This document shows positions 16,846 through 25,659 of a stretch of 36,432 nt of DNA, one piece after another. The stretch spans positions 1-36,432 of the forward strand of contig JBFMGU010000096.1 of the NCBI GenBank assembly GCA_040752415.1, in the 5' to 3' direction. The stretch is from Myxococcota bacterium. Its GTDB lineage: Bacteria > Myxococcota > JACRCW01. Each line of letters opens with the position of its first letter. The stretch's first letter is position 1. Position numbers and translations under genes: made by a program. The notes under the pieces were generated by a model that did not search any database, was not told where the DNA came from, and was given only the letters and a program-made list of their open reading frames with translations.

Positions 16846-19266
16846 ATGCGTCGGCTTCCTGTGGCTTGGCTCGTGGTGATGGCTTGCGGGGCCCTGGCCT
16901 GCGGCCCCACGCCAACGCCGCCGCCCACGTCGCAAGGTACGGACGGAGGCACAAGCCCCACGGGTCCCGTGGAGGTGGAGGCCGTCTCCATACAGGTGAC
17001 GCGCACGCGGGCCGCCACGCTGCAGAGCGCGGATGGCCAGGTCACCGTCAGCCTGCCCGCGCTCTCTGTCTCCGCCCCGGTCAGCGTGACGCTGGCCAAG
17101 CTGCGTGAGGACCTGGTTCCCGCCACGCGCGTGGGTGCGGCCTACGTGCTGCGCGTGGAAGGCGGCCAACTCTCCGCACCGGCGCGCGCGGAGTGGCTGT
17201 TGCCCACGGACCTGCCGCTCCCCGCCGCGGAGCTGCGCGTGGCCAGCGTGGATCACACCGGCGCTCCGCAGCCCCTGCCGGGTGCGCAGGCGGGCCTGGA
17301 CTTCGTGGCGGGTGAGCTGTCCGGCGCGGCCACGCTGATCCTGGTCGACCGTCGGACGCAGGCGCCGGGCTGGGCCGCGGATCTCCCGCCGGAGAGCGTG
17401 GGGGATGCACTGTTGGCGCGCGGTGACGTCGAGGGCGCGCGGGCGGCCTACCACGCGGCGCGTTCCCTGGGGCCCAGTCCGCATGCCGCGTTGGGGCGGG
17501 CCGTGACGGAGCTGCTGCTGCTGACCTCGCGCGCGCCCGTGGCGGACCTCATGCTGCGCTGCGGCCTGCCGCGTGAGGCGCTGTTCAACGCCGTGGTGGG
17601 CGCCAATGGCGTCTGGGCGCAGGCCGCGCTGGACCGCGCTGGCGACGTGGAGCTGCGCATCACCGACGCCGCAGGCACCCAGGTGGCGCTCGCCGACGAG
17701 GTCTATGCGCGCAAGATCGAGGGTCGGCCCGCGGTGCGTGCGCGGGGCAGCGGATTCCAGCTCACCGTGGTCCTGCCCGCGCAGCCGGTGAGCACGGGCG
17801 TGCGGCTGCCGCGGCCGGACTTTGCGGGCAGCGTGGAGCTGATCACCGACGAGGACGTGTTCAGCTGGGCGGACGGCTCGGAGGGCACCGTCACCGTGCT
17901 GGAGCGCAGCGTGGCGCCGGGCGGTCGCGTGCGACTGGAGCTGAAGGACGTGGTCCTGCGTGGTCTGCCCGGCCAGGTCACCGTCACCGGCACGGTCTCC
18001 GCGTTCATCTCCAGCCCGCCCGCCGTGCTGCACAGCCTGGGCGTCCAGCCTTCCATGGGGCCGCCGGTGGTGCCGCTGACCTCGCAGCTCCTCTCCCAGT
18101 GCAGCCCCGACGTCACCACGGCGTGGCTCGCCACCGCGGCGGTGGAGCTTTCCGAGAGCCTGCAGCCGGTGGCGCTCGATCTCGCTGAGGCCGCGGGAGC
18201 CACCACGTCGGGGCCGGTGCTTTCGCTTCCGTCCGGGCTCACCCGGCTGCCGCGTGCCCTCCCGCTCACCGCGCGGGACGCTCGACTGCTGAGCGCGACG
18301 GTGTCGCTCATGCGCGCGTTGTTGCTGGCGGCCGACGCCTACGTCGTGGCGGGCCTGGATCCGGAGGGAGAGCCGCACCCGGTGCGCGACTGGCTCACCA
18401 CACGCCTCACGCACCGCCCGGACGTCGACGGCGGCGTGGCGGAAGTGGAGAGCGTGCTCCCCGATTGGAACCTCATCAGCCAGGAGCTCAACGAGCAGCT
18501 GCTGACGCCCGCCGGTGGCGACGTGGCCACGTTGATCACGGACCTGGCTCCCGTGCGCGCGCTGATGGAGGCCGCCCTGGGTGACCTGCGCGCCGCCTCG
18601 ACGGGGATGAACCTGGAGGACGGGCTGGTGCGCTGGAGCTTCCTGGAGCAGCAGGGCCTGGTGGCGCAGCTCAAGGCCATCTCTGAGGCCATGCTGGCTT
18701 CGCTGCCGCCCGGCACCGCGGCGGTGTCCCTGGTTCCCGGCGGAAGCGTGGCCGTGCAGCTCTCCCGCCTGTTTGACGCGCCGCTCACGCATGAGCGCCT
18801 GGTGCAGGCCAACAACCTGGCCGCGCTGACGCGTACCTACGCCGCCCAACCCAACGCGCAGGATCCCACGCTGCAGGATCTCCGCCTGCTCTGGCAGGAC
18901 CGCGGGATGCGCAATGCCATCTGGGAGTCGTTCCTGGATCTGGCGCCCGCGCCGGTGGATCCGTCGTGTGCCGGGCCCGAGGACGACTCCTGCGGCGAGG
19001 GATTTGCGTGCACCCCCGACGAGGTGGGGTTGTGCGGTGACGGGGCGGAGTGCATCTCCGACGGGGCGTGCGCCGTGGAAGACCACTGCCAGATCAATCA
19101 CCGCTGCCGTCGGGTGCGGCCGCCGGTGTTGGACTGGGAGGGGTTGGGCCGCGCGCTGGTGGGGCCGGATGCGCCCGCGCTGGCGCCCTGGGCACGCAAC
19201 CTGTGGCTGCCCATCCGGGGCACGGACCCCTCGGGCCTGCTTGAGGATCCGGCCCAGGCACGCTGA
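16846..19266 (+). CDS. Large predicted lipoprotein (ZU5-like N-terminal beta domain, TPR-like helices, C-terminal Cys-rich module)
   Basis: Lipobox GALAC; TLQSADGQVTVSLPALSV; GDALLARGDVEGARAAY; C-terminal run of about 8 Cys. Start at ATG 16840 or 16846. Confidence 0.7.
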   Translation: MRRLPVAWLVVMACGALACGPTPTPPPTSQGTDGGTSPTGPVEVEAVSIQVTRTRAATLQSADGQVTVSLPALSVSAPVSVTLAKLREDLVPATRVGAAYVLRVEGGQLSAPARAEWLLPTDLPLPAAELRVASVDHTGAPQPLPGAQAGLDFVAGELSGAATLILVDRRTQAPGWAADLPPESVGDALLARGDVEGARAAYHAARSLGPSPHAALGRAVTELLLLTSRAPVADLMLRCGLPREALFNAVVGANGVWAQAALDRAGDVELRITDAAGTQVALADEVYARKIEGRPAVRARGSGFQLTVVLPAQPVSTGVRLPRPDFAGSVELITDEDVFSWADGSEGTVTVLERSVAPGGRVRLELKDVVLRGLPGQVTVTGTVSAFISSPPAVLHSLGVQPSMGPPVVPLTSQLLSQCSPDVTTAWLATAAVELSESLQPVALDLAEAAGATTSGPVLSLPSGLTRLPRALPLTARDARLLSATVSLMRALLLAADAYVVAGLDPEGEPHPVRDWLTTRLTHRPDVDGGVAEVESVLPDWNLISQELNEQLLTPAGGDVATLITDLAPVRALMEAALGDLRAASTGMNLEDGLVRWSFLEQQGLVAQLKAISEAMLASLPPGTAAVSLVPGGSVAVQLSRLFDAPLTHERLVQANNLAALTRTYAAQPNAQDPTLQDLRLLWQDRGMRNAIWESFLDLAPAPVDPSCAGPEDDSCGEGFACTPDEVGLCGDGAECISDGACAVEDHCQINHRCRRVRPPVLDWEGLGRALVGPDAPALAPWARNLWLPIRGTDPSGLLEDPAQAR

Positions 19267-19365
19267 GGTCGTCCGTCGACTGGGGCCTGCGTCCCGGTGC
19301 GCGTTACAGTACCTGTGGTCCTTCCGCTTGGGTTCCCTCGCATCACCCCCAAGGTGTCCCGCACC

Positions 19366-21597
19366 ATGGATTCTTCCCAGTTCCTCCGCAGTGCCGCCTC
19401 CCGCGTGAAGGAGAGCTTCGACCGTGACCGCACGGTGCTCCCCTACGACGAATACCTGTCGCTGCTCCTGCAGGAGCCCACCATCCACCTGCGAGGCTCG
19501 GCGCAGTTCCTCGTCGACGCGGTGGAGCACTTTGGCACCACCGAGGTGCACCGTCCCTACGGCACCGTGACCCGCTACAAGGTCTTTGACCTGCCCTGGG
19601 AGGACGGCCTGGGCCGCGTGGCGGGACAGGAGCAGGTGCAGGCGCAGCTGGTGAAGCTGTTGCGCAACTTCACGCGCTCCGGCCGCACCGACCGCCTGGT
19701 GCTGCTGCACGGACCCAACGGCAGCGCCAAGAGCAGCATCCTGGCCGCGTTGATCGGCGCCGCGGAGAACTTCAGTCGTGACCCCAAGGGGGCGCTCTAC
19801 CGCTTCTCCTGGGTCTTCCCGACCAGCAAGGTGCAGAAGGGCGGGCTGGGATTCGGCTCGGACCGGCCGTCCTCCACGCTGGGCTCCTACGCGCAGCTGG
19901 ACAGCAAGGACCTGGACGCGCGCATCCCGTGCAACATGAAGGACCACCCGCTGCTCATCCTGCCGCGGGCCGAGCGCGCCGCCCTCATCAAGGACGCGCG
20001 CGAGCGCGGGCTGCTCCCCGCCGACTTCCAGATCCCCCACGTGCTGCTGCGCGGCGAGCTGTGCACCCGTTGCCGCTCGATCTTCGACGCGCTGCTCAAC
20101 AGTCACAACGGTGACCTGGCCGAGGTGCTGCGGCACGTGCAGGTGGAGCGCTTCTACCTGTCCCGTCGCTACCGCACCGGCGCCGTGACGGTGGAGCCGC
20201 AGATGAGCGTGGACGGGTGGAGCCGCCCGGTCACCGCGGACCGGTCCTTTGCCAACCTCCCCGTGAGCATGCAGGCGGTGGTGCTGCATGAGGCGGGCGG
20301 TCCGCTCGTCGACGCCAACCGCGGCGTGCTGGAGTTCAATGATCTCCTCAAGCGCCCCGTGGAGGCGTTCAAGTACCTGCTGAGCGCCACGGAGACGCAG
20401 AGCGCCTCGCTGGAGTTCATGACCGTCTTCCTGGACGAGGTCATGCTGGCCACGTCCAACGAGACGCACCTGGATGCCTTCAAGGCGTACCCGGACTGGC
20501 AGAGCTTCAAGGGCCGCATCGAGCTGGTCACCGTGCCCTACCTGATGCGCATCTCCGACGAGGTGCAGATCTACAAGGACATGGTGCGTCGCAGCGTGCT
20601 GGACCGTCACGTGGCCCCGCACGCCGTGGAGGTGGCCGCGCGCTTCTCCGTGCTGACCCGCCTGGAGCCGCCCGACACCACGCATTACCCCACCAGCGTG
20701 CGCGACCTGCTGCACGAGCTGAAGCCCGCCGAGAAGCTGGCCCTCTACGACGACGGCGTGGTGCCCGACCGCCTGTCCAACCAGCAGGCGCGGGAGCTCA
20801 AGAAGTTCATCCCCGACCTCTACCGCGAGCGCGAGAACCAGCCCGACTACGAGGGTCGCTTTGGCGCCAGCGCGCGTGAGATCCGCGCCGTGCTGATGCA
20901 GGCCGCGCACAACAAGGCCCACGCGTGTCTGAGCCCGCTGGCGGTGTTGCAGGAGCTGCGCGCGTTGTGCCGGGAGACCAGCGTCTATGAGTGGTTGGGA
21001 CGCGACCGCAAGCACGGCTACCGGGACGCCGCCGCCTTCGTGGAGGAGGTGGAGCGCTGGCACCTGGACGCGGTGGACGAGGAGGTGCGCGCGGCCATGG
21101 GTCTCGTCGAGGAGGCGAGCACGCTGGAGCTGTTTGAGCGCTACGTCCGCAACATCACCGCGTGGGTCAAGGGCGAGAAGGTCCCCGACGCCGTCACCCG
21201 CGGCCTCAAAGACCCCGACCGCGAGCTGATGCGCCAGATCGAGGACGTGCTGGTGCCCAAGGGTGAGGACGAGGCCGCGTTCCGTCGGGCCATCATCGGC
21301 ACCATTGGCGCGCACAGCCTGGACCGGCCCAGCGGCGAGAAGCCCGACTACAAGGAGATCTTCCACGTGCAGCTGCGCAAGCTGCGGGATGATTTCTATG
21401 AGAAGCGTCGTCGTCAGGTGCGGCGCATTGCCCAGAACTATCTCAAGGTCGTCCACAATGAGGCCAAGGAGATGGATGCCCGGGAACGCGAGCAGGTGGA
21501 CACGCTGCTCACGCGGCTCAAGGAGCAGTTCGGCTACTGCGACCACTGCGCCGCCGAGATGGTGGGCTACCTGAGCAAGCGGCGTTACCTGGATTGA
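19366..21597 (+). CDS. prkA: PrkA/YeaG-family AAA+ ATPase (serine protein kinase PrkA)
   Basis: Walker A LLHGPNGSAKSS, CNMKDHPLL, ANRGVLEFNDLLK, VPYLMRISDEVQIY, HVAPHA, EGRFGASARE, FGYCDHCA. Confidence 0.9.
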   Translation: MDSSQFLRSAASRVKESFDRDRTVLPYDEYLSLLLQEPTIHLRGSAQFLVDAVEHFGTTEVHRPYGTVTRYKVFDLPWEDGLGRVAGQEQVQAQLVKLLRNFTRSGRTDRLVLLHGPNGSAKSSILAALIGAAENFSRDPKGALYRFSWVFPTSKVQKGGLGFGSDRPSSTLGSYAQLDSKDLDARIPCNMKDHPLLILPRAERAALIKDARERGLLPADFQIPHVLLRGELCTRCRSIFDALLNSHNGDLAEVLRHVQVERFYLSRRYRTGAVTVEPQMSVDGWSRPVTADRSFANLPVSMQAVVLHEAGGPLVDANRGVLEFNDLLKRPVEAFKYLLSATETQSASLEFMTVFLDEVMLATSNETHLDAFKAYPDWQSFKGRIELVTVPYLMRISDEVQIYKDMVRRSVLDRHVAPHAVEVAARFSVLTRLEPPDTTHYPTSVRDLLHELKPAEKLALYDDGVVPDRLSNQQARELKKFIPDLYRERENQPDYEGRFGASAREIRAVLMQAAHNKAHACLSPLAVLQELRALCRETSVYEWLGRDRKHGYRDAAAFVEEVERWHLDAVDEEVRAAMGLVEEASTLELFERYVRNITAWVKGEKVPDAVTRGLKDPDRELMRQIEDVLVPKGEDEAAFRRAIIGTIGAHSLDRPSGEKPDYKEIFHVQLRKLRDDFYEKRRRQVRRIAQNYLKVVHNEAKEMDAREREQVDTLLTRLKEQFGYCDHCAAEMVGYLSKRRYLD

Positions 21598-21704
21598 GAG
21601 CCGATTCTCCGTCGTCACGGAAACCGTTGTGATCAGGAGGACATGCAGCGCAACGGTTGCCCGCCTGCTATACCCCACCCAAGGAACCCCTCGAGCCCAT
21701 TGCC

Positions 21705-23633
21705 GTGATCGCCCTCCTGTTGGCCGCATCCGTGCTGGCCCAGAGCCCCAAGCAGTCTGACGGTGTGGTGATGCTGGAAGCCCAGGACGCGCGCAGTGCG
21801 CCCCTGGCTGGCGTCGTGGTGGCCGAGGAGGGTCTGGTGGTCACGCCCACCCAAGCTGTGGGACAGCGTCGGCGCGTCAAGGTGCTGGTGCGGGCCGGTG
21901 AAGAGCGCGTGGGCGTGGTCAGCTTCCGGGACGACGAGCTGGGCCTGGCCCTCATCACGCTGGAGCCCGCCGGTGGCCTCCATGCCTTGCCGCTCTACGG
22001 CGGTGCACCCGTGAAGGAAGGCGCGCGCGTGAACGTGCGTGGCATGGAAGGCGGGCTGCCGTGGTCGGAGGGAAGCGCCACCGTGGTGGGCACGCAGACC
22101 GGGCCGTGGGGCAACCTGGCGCGCGGCTACCTGACCTGCGACGCCGTCACGGAAGGCACCGGCGCCGACGTGGGTGCCGCCGTGCTGGCCCCCGACAACA
22201 CGTTGCTCGGCGTGCACCTGGGTCCCTCGCGCGCGCGTGGTGCTCCGTCCAGCCGCTTCATCGTGCTCGGCACCGACGTGCTGCGCGGGTTCATCCGCCA
22301 GGCCACCTACGGTATGCCCGTGGCCACGCTGCGCATCAGCTCCCAGGTCAGCTCCGCGCGCGCCTTTGTCGACGGGAAGGACGTGGGACAGGTCCCCGTG
22401 ACCGTGCCGCGCGTGACGGTGGGCTGGCACAGCATCAAGGTGGTGGCGCCGGGACATGGGCCGCAGGAGCGCCTGGTGGAGGCCACGCTGGAATCCGCGC
22501 CGTGGCAGCACTTCGACCTCAAGCCCGCTGCCATGCTGGTCTTCTCCTCCAACGCACCCAACACGGTCTACTCGCTCGACGGGAACGCGTTCCTTCCGCT
22601 CACCGGCGAGGCCATTCCCGTGCCGGAGGGGAAGCGCACCGTGGAGTTCACCGCGCCGGGTTACCGTCGGGCGGTGTGGCAGGGCAGCGCGGAGGCGGGG
22701 CGCGCCATCTCCCATTCCGTGGAGCTGGTGAAGCAGCACGGGAAGGTCACCATCACGTCGGAGCCCGTCGGAGCGCGCCTGTTCATCGACGGACGCGACC
22801 TGGGCGTCACCCCCGCGCGCGACGTGGAGGTGGTGCCGGGACGTCGCCAGGTGGAGCTGCAGATGGCGCACCACCGCGTGGCCGCGCTGCAGGGCATCGA
22901 CGTCAAGGACGGCGACGTGCTGGACCTGGGCACCATCAAGCTGCAACCCATGCCCGCGCGCATCACGCTGGCCGCCGGTCTCCCCGAGGATGACGACGAG
23001 GTTTTCCTCAACGGCAAGCGCGTGGACGGGCGGAGCTGGCGCGTGGAGCCGGGGTATCACGAGGTGGAGATCCGTCGGCCGTGGCACAAGCCCGGTCGCA
23101 TCCGCATGCTGGTGGGGCCCGAGGAGAACCGCGTGCTGGCGCCGCGTCCGGAAGCGCTGCCGGAGGCCAGTGAGCGACGCATCAAGATGGGCCTGGCCGC
23201 GCTCTCGGGGATTGGCGGCGTGGCTGCCACCACGGCGGGCGTGGTCATGCTGGCCAGCGGCGTGGGGCTGCTGGTGGGCGCCAAGCTCGCGTATGACCGC
23301 TACCACGTCGTCACCACGCGCCAGGACATGGACACGTTCTACAACCTGGCCAACGGGCTCATGTGGGGTGGCACGGCCACCGCGGTGGCTTCCGGGCTGG
23401 GCATTGTGGGGCTGCTCACCGCCATTGGCGTGGCCGTCCTGAGCGTGGTCACGCTGCCCACCGACCCGTCCGGACAGTACGTGGAGAAGCCCTCCGTCAC
23501 GTCGACGGAAACGCCCACCGTCACGCCGGAAGGACCGGGGGAGGGCCTCAAGTCGCCGCCACAGACGGAACCCACGCCGACACCGCCCCCCACGACGGAA
23601 GAGCCCGCCCCGACGACGGAGGAAGGCCCATGA
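21705..23633 (+). CDS. PEGA-repeat protein with a degenerate N-terminal trypsin/HtrA-like domain and a C-terminal hydrophobic hairpin
   Basis: GTG 21705 gives signal MIALLLAASVLA-Q; PEGA units e.g. TITSEPVGARLFIDGRDLGVTP; two C-terminal hydrophobic helices and a Pro/Thr tail. Confidence 0.8.
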   Translation: MIALLLAASVLAQSPKQSDGVVMLEAQDARSAPLAGVVVAEEGLVVTPTQAVGQRRRVKVLVRAGEERVGVVSFRDDELGLALITLEPAGGLHALPLYGGAPVKEGARVNVRGMEGGLPWSEGSATVVGTQTGPWGNLARGYLTCDAVTEGTGADVGAAVLAPDNTLLGVHLGPSRARGAPSSRFIVLGTDVLRGFIRQATYGMPVATLRISSQVSSARAFVDGKDVGQVPVTVPRVTVGWHSIKVVAPGHGPQERLVEATLESAPWQHFDLKPAAMLVFSSNAPNTVYSLDGNAFLPLTGEAIPVPEGKRTVEFTAPGYRRAVWQGSAEAGRAISHSVELVKQHGKVTITSEPVGARLFIDGRDLGVTPARDVEVVPGRRQVELQMAHHRVAALQGIDVKDGDVLDLGTIKLQPMPARITLAAGLPEDDDEVFLNGKRVDGRSWRVEPGYHEVEIRRPWHKPGRIRMLVGPEENRVLAPRPEALPEASERRIKMGLAALSGIGGVAATTAGVVMLASGVGLLVGAKLAYDRYHVVTTRQDMDTFYNLANGLMWGGTATAVASGLGIVGLLTAIGVAVLSVVTLPTDPSGQYVEKPSVTSTETPTVTPEGPGEGLKSPPQTEPTPTPPPTTEEPAPTTEEGP

Positions 23634-24820
23634 TGCGCCGCCTCGTCGTGGGGATGCTGGTGCTGACCGCCGCGTGCCTCCCACGCGACAACCCGTTCGA
23701 CCGCGCGGACATCGAGGACGCGTACGCGGTGCGCATCAGCGCGCAGGACGGGTTGACCGTGCATTTCTCCCCGCTGAGCGGCGCGGGACTGAAGGGCTAC
23801 CGCATCTACCGTGAGGACCACGCGGGCAACCGTCGGCTGGTCAGCGAGGTCCCCGCCGACGTGCACAGCGTGAAGGACGAGGATGCCCCCGCCGCGCTCG
23901 CGCTGGCCGAACAGCAATCCTCCGACGCCACGCTCTACTACCGCGTGGCCGGCGTGACCTCCGCGGGCGACGAGGGACCGATCTCGCGTCGCAGCGACGA
24001 GGCGTCCACGCGCATCCTCCCCGACACCGTCATCGACCCCGCCGTGCCCGAGTACATCACCGGTGTTTCCGGCGTGGCGGTGGTGGTGAACGTGAGCCCG
24101 CCCAAGAGCGGCGGTGAGAGCGCGCGGCATTTCCGTTACCGCTTCGTCGGCGGGGAGTGGGGTGAGCCCATCCTCGCCGGGCCGCTGGTCCTCACCGGTC
24201 TGCGCGACGGGCGCTACACGCTGGAAGCCGCCGCCGTGGGCGCACAGGGTGACCTGGACCTGACGCCCGCCACCGCGTCGTTCACGTACGACTTCAATGT
24301 CCCGGAAGGCACCTCCTGCGTGACCGCGGTCTGTAGCGAAGGGCTCGCGTGCGTCGAGGAGCCGGTGGGCCGGTTCTGTCGGCGCGTGTGCGGCGGCGCG
24401 GACGCGGGGTCCGTCGAATGTCCGGTGGGAACGGAGTGCCGGGCAAACAGCGGCGCGGAAGGTGAGGGCGCCTGTGTGGTGGTGGCCGCGCTCCATGAAG
24501 CCTGCCACGACCGCCTCTGCGCCACCGGCCTCATCTGCACCGACGCCGGCGACGGACGAAGCCTCTGCGGTGACCCCTGTGGCGACGGAAACACCTGCAC
24601 CGGTGGACGGGCCTGCCTGGGCACCGGCGAAGCGCGGGGATGCCTCCCGCAAGCGGCTCCCCTGGCCTCATGCGCCAACGCGGCGTGCACGGCCGGTCAC
24701 GCGTGCGAGGACTTTGGTGATGACCCCACCTGTCGTCGCATCTGTGACAGCCAGGGCGGTTGCGAGGTGGGCGAGCTGTGCCAGGACCTGGGGCGGGCGG
24801 ACCTCAAAATCTGTCGCTGA
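23630..24820 (+). CDS. Predicted lipoprotein with Fn3/Ig-like domains and tandem Cys-rich repeats
   Basis: ATGA overlap; lipobox LTAAC-LPRDNPFD; GYRIYR...YYRVAGV (Fn3-like); repeated CxxxxCxxGxxC...CRRxC units. Confidence 0.8.
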   Translation: MMRRLVVGMLVLTAACLPRDNPFDRADIEDAYAVRISAQDGLTVHFSPLSGAGLKGYRIYREDHAGNRRLVSEVPADVHSVKDEDAPAALALAEQQSSDATLYYRVAGVTSAGDEGPISRRSDEASTRILPDTVIDPAVPEYITGVSGVAVVVNVSPPKSGGESARHFRYRFVGGEWGEPILAGPLVLTGLRDGRYTLEAAAVGAQGDLDLTPATASFTYDFNVPEGTSCVTAVCSEGLACVEEPVGRFCRRVCGGADAGSVECPVGTECRANSGAEGEGACVVVAALHEACHDRLCATGLICTDAGDGRSLCGDPCGDGNTCTGGRACLGTGEARGCLPQAAPLASCANAACTAGHACEDFGDDPTCRRICDSQGGCEVGELCQDLGRADLKICR

Positions 24821-24908
24821 GCCAGTCGGCAATTGCACCATGGTGCCCTCTGTGGGGTAGCGTGATGGGGCGTTGTTTTTCGACACTGCCTCAAAGGGGC
24901 CCGCTGCC

Positions 24909-25625
24909 ATGGATAAGATTCGCGTCCTCGTCGTGGAAGACCAGCCCAAGATTCTCAAGAACCAGTTGAAGCTGTTGGCGGGCTACCCCGAGATCGACAT
25001 CGTGGGGACCGCGGTGACCGGTGAAGCCGCTCTCGAAGAAGTGGAGCGCTGCAGCCCGGAGGTCCTGCTCTGTGACCTGGGCCTGCCGCAGATGAGCGGC
25101 ATCGACGTCACGCGGGAGGTGAAGGCCAAGCACCCCAACATCGAGATCCTGATCTTCACGATCTTCGACGAGGAGGACAAGGTGCTGGAGGCCATCAAGG
25201 CCGGCGCTTCCGGCTACCTGCTCAAGGGTGCGGAGGCCGACAAGATCGTGGAGAGCATCAAGGAGGTGAAGAGCGGCGGCAGCGTGATCCAGCCGAACCT
25301 GGCGCGCAGCCTGCTCCGTCACTTCCGCGCTCCCATGGAAGGCGCCGCGCCGCCTCCGCCCGCATCCGCCGGTGGTGACGCCGCCAAGCCCGCCGGTGCC
25401 GACGGCGCACGTCCCGCCGAGCACCGCCGCGCGCTGACCGAGCGCGAGCTGGAGATCCTGCAGATCATCGCCAAGGGCCTCTCCAACAACGAGGCCGCCA
25501 AGGTGCTGGGCCTCTCCAAGGCCACCATCCGCACCCACCTGGAGCACATCTACCAGAAGCTCGACGTCACCAACCGCGTCGAGGCGGTCACCGAGGGCAT
25601 CCGGCAGGGAATCATCGGCCTCTGA
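24909..25625 (+). CDS. NarL/LuxR-family two-component response regulator
   Basis: IRVLVVEDQ, LLCDLGLP, GASGYLLK; LTERELEILQIIAKGLSNNE...TIRTHLEHIYQKLDV. Confidence 0.95.
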   Translation: MDKIRVLVVEDQPKILKNQLKLLAGYPEIDIVGTAVTGEAALEEVERCSPEVLLCDLGLPQMSGIDVTREVKAKHPNIEILIFTIFDEEDKVLEAIKAGASGYLLKGAEADKIVESIKEVKSGGSVIQPNLARSLLRHFRAPMEGAAPPPPASAGGDAAKPAGADGARPAEHRRALTERELEILQIIAKGLSNNEAAKVLGLSKATIRTHLEHIYQKLDVTNRVEAVTEGIRQGIIGL

Positions 25626-25659
25626 AGCCCGCTTTGCTGGTAGGGGGCGCAGCGGTGGC

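Noticed and set aside
16642..21729. 1695-aa minus-strand ORF
   Set aside because: Antisense shadow of the lipoprotein and prkA genes. GC-biased codon usage removes stops on the opposite strand, and the translation has no recognisable motifs.
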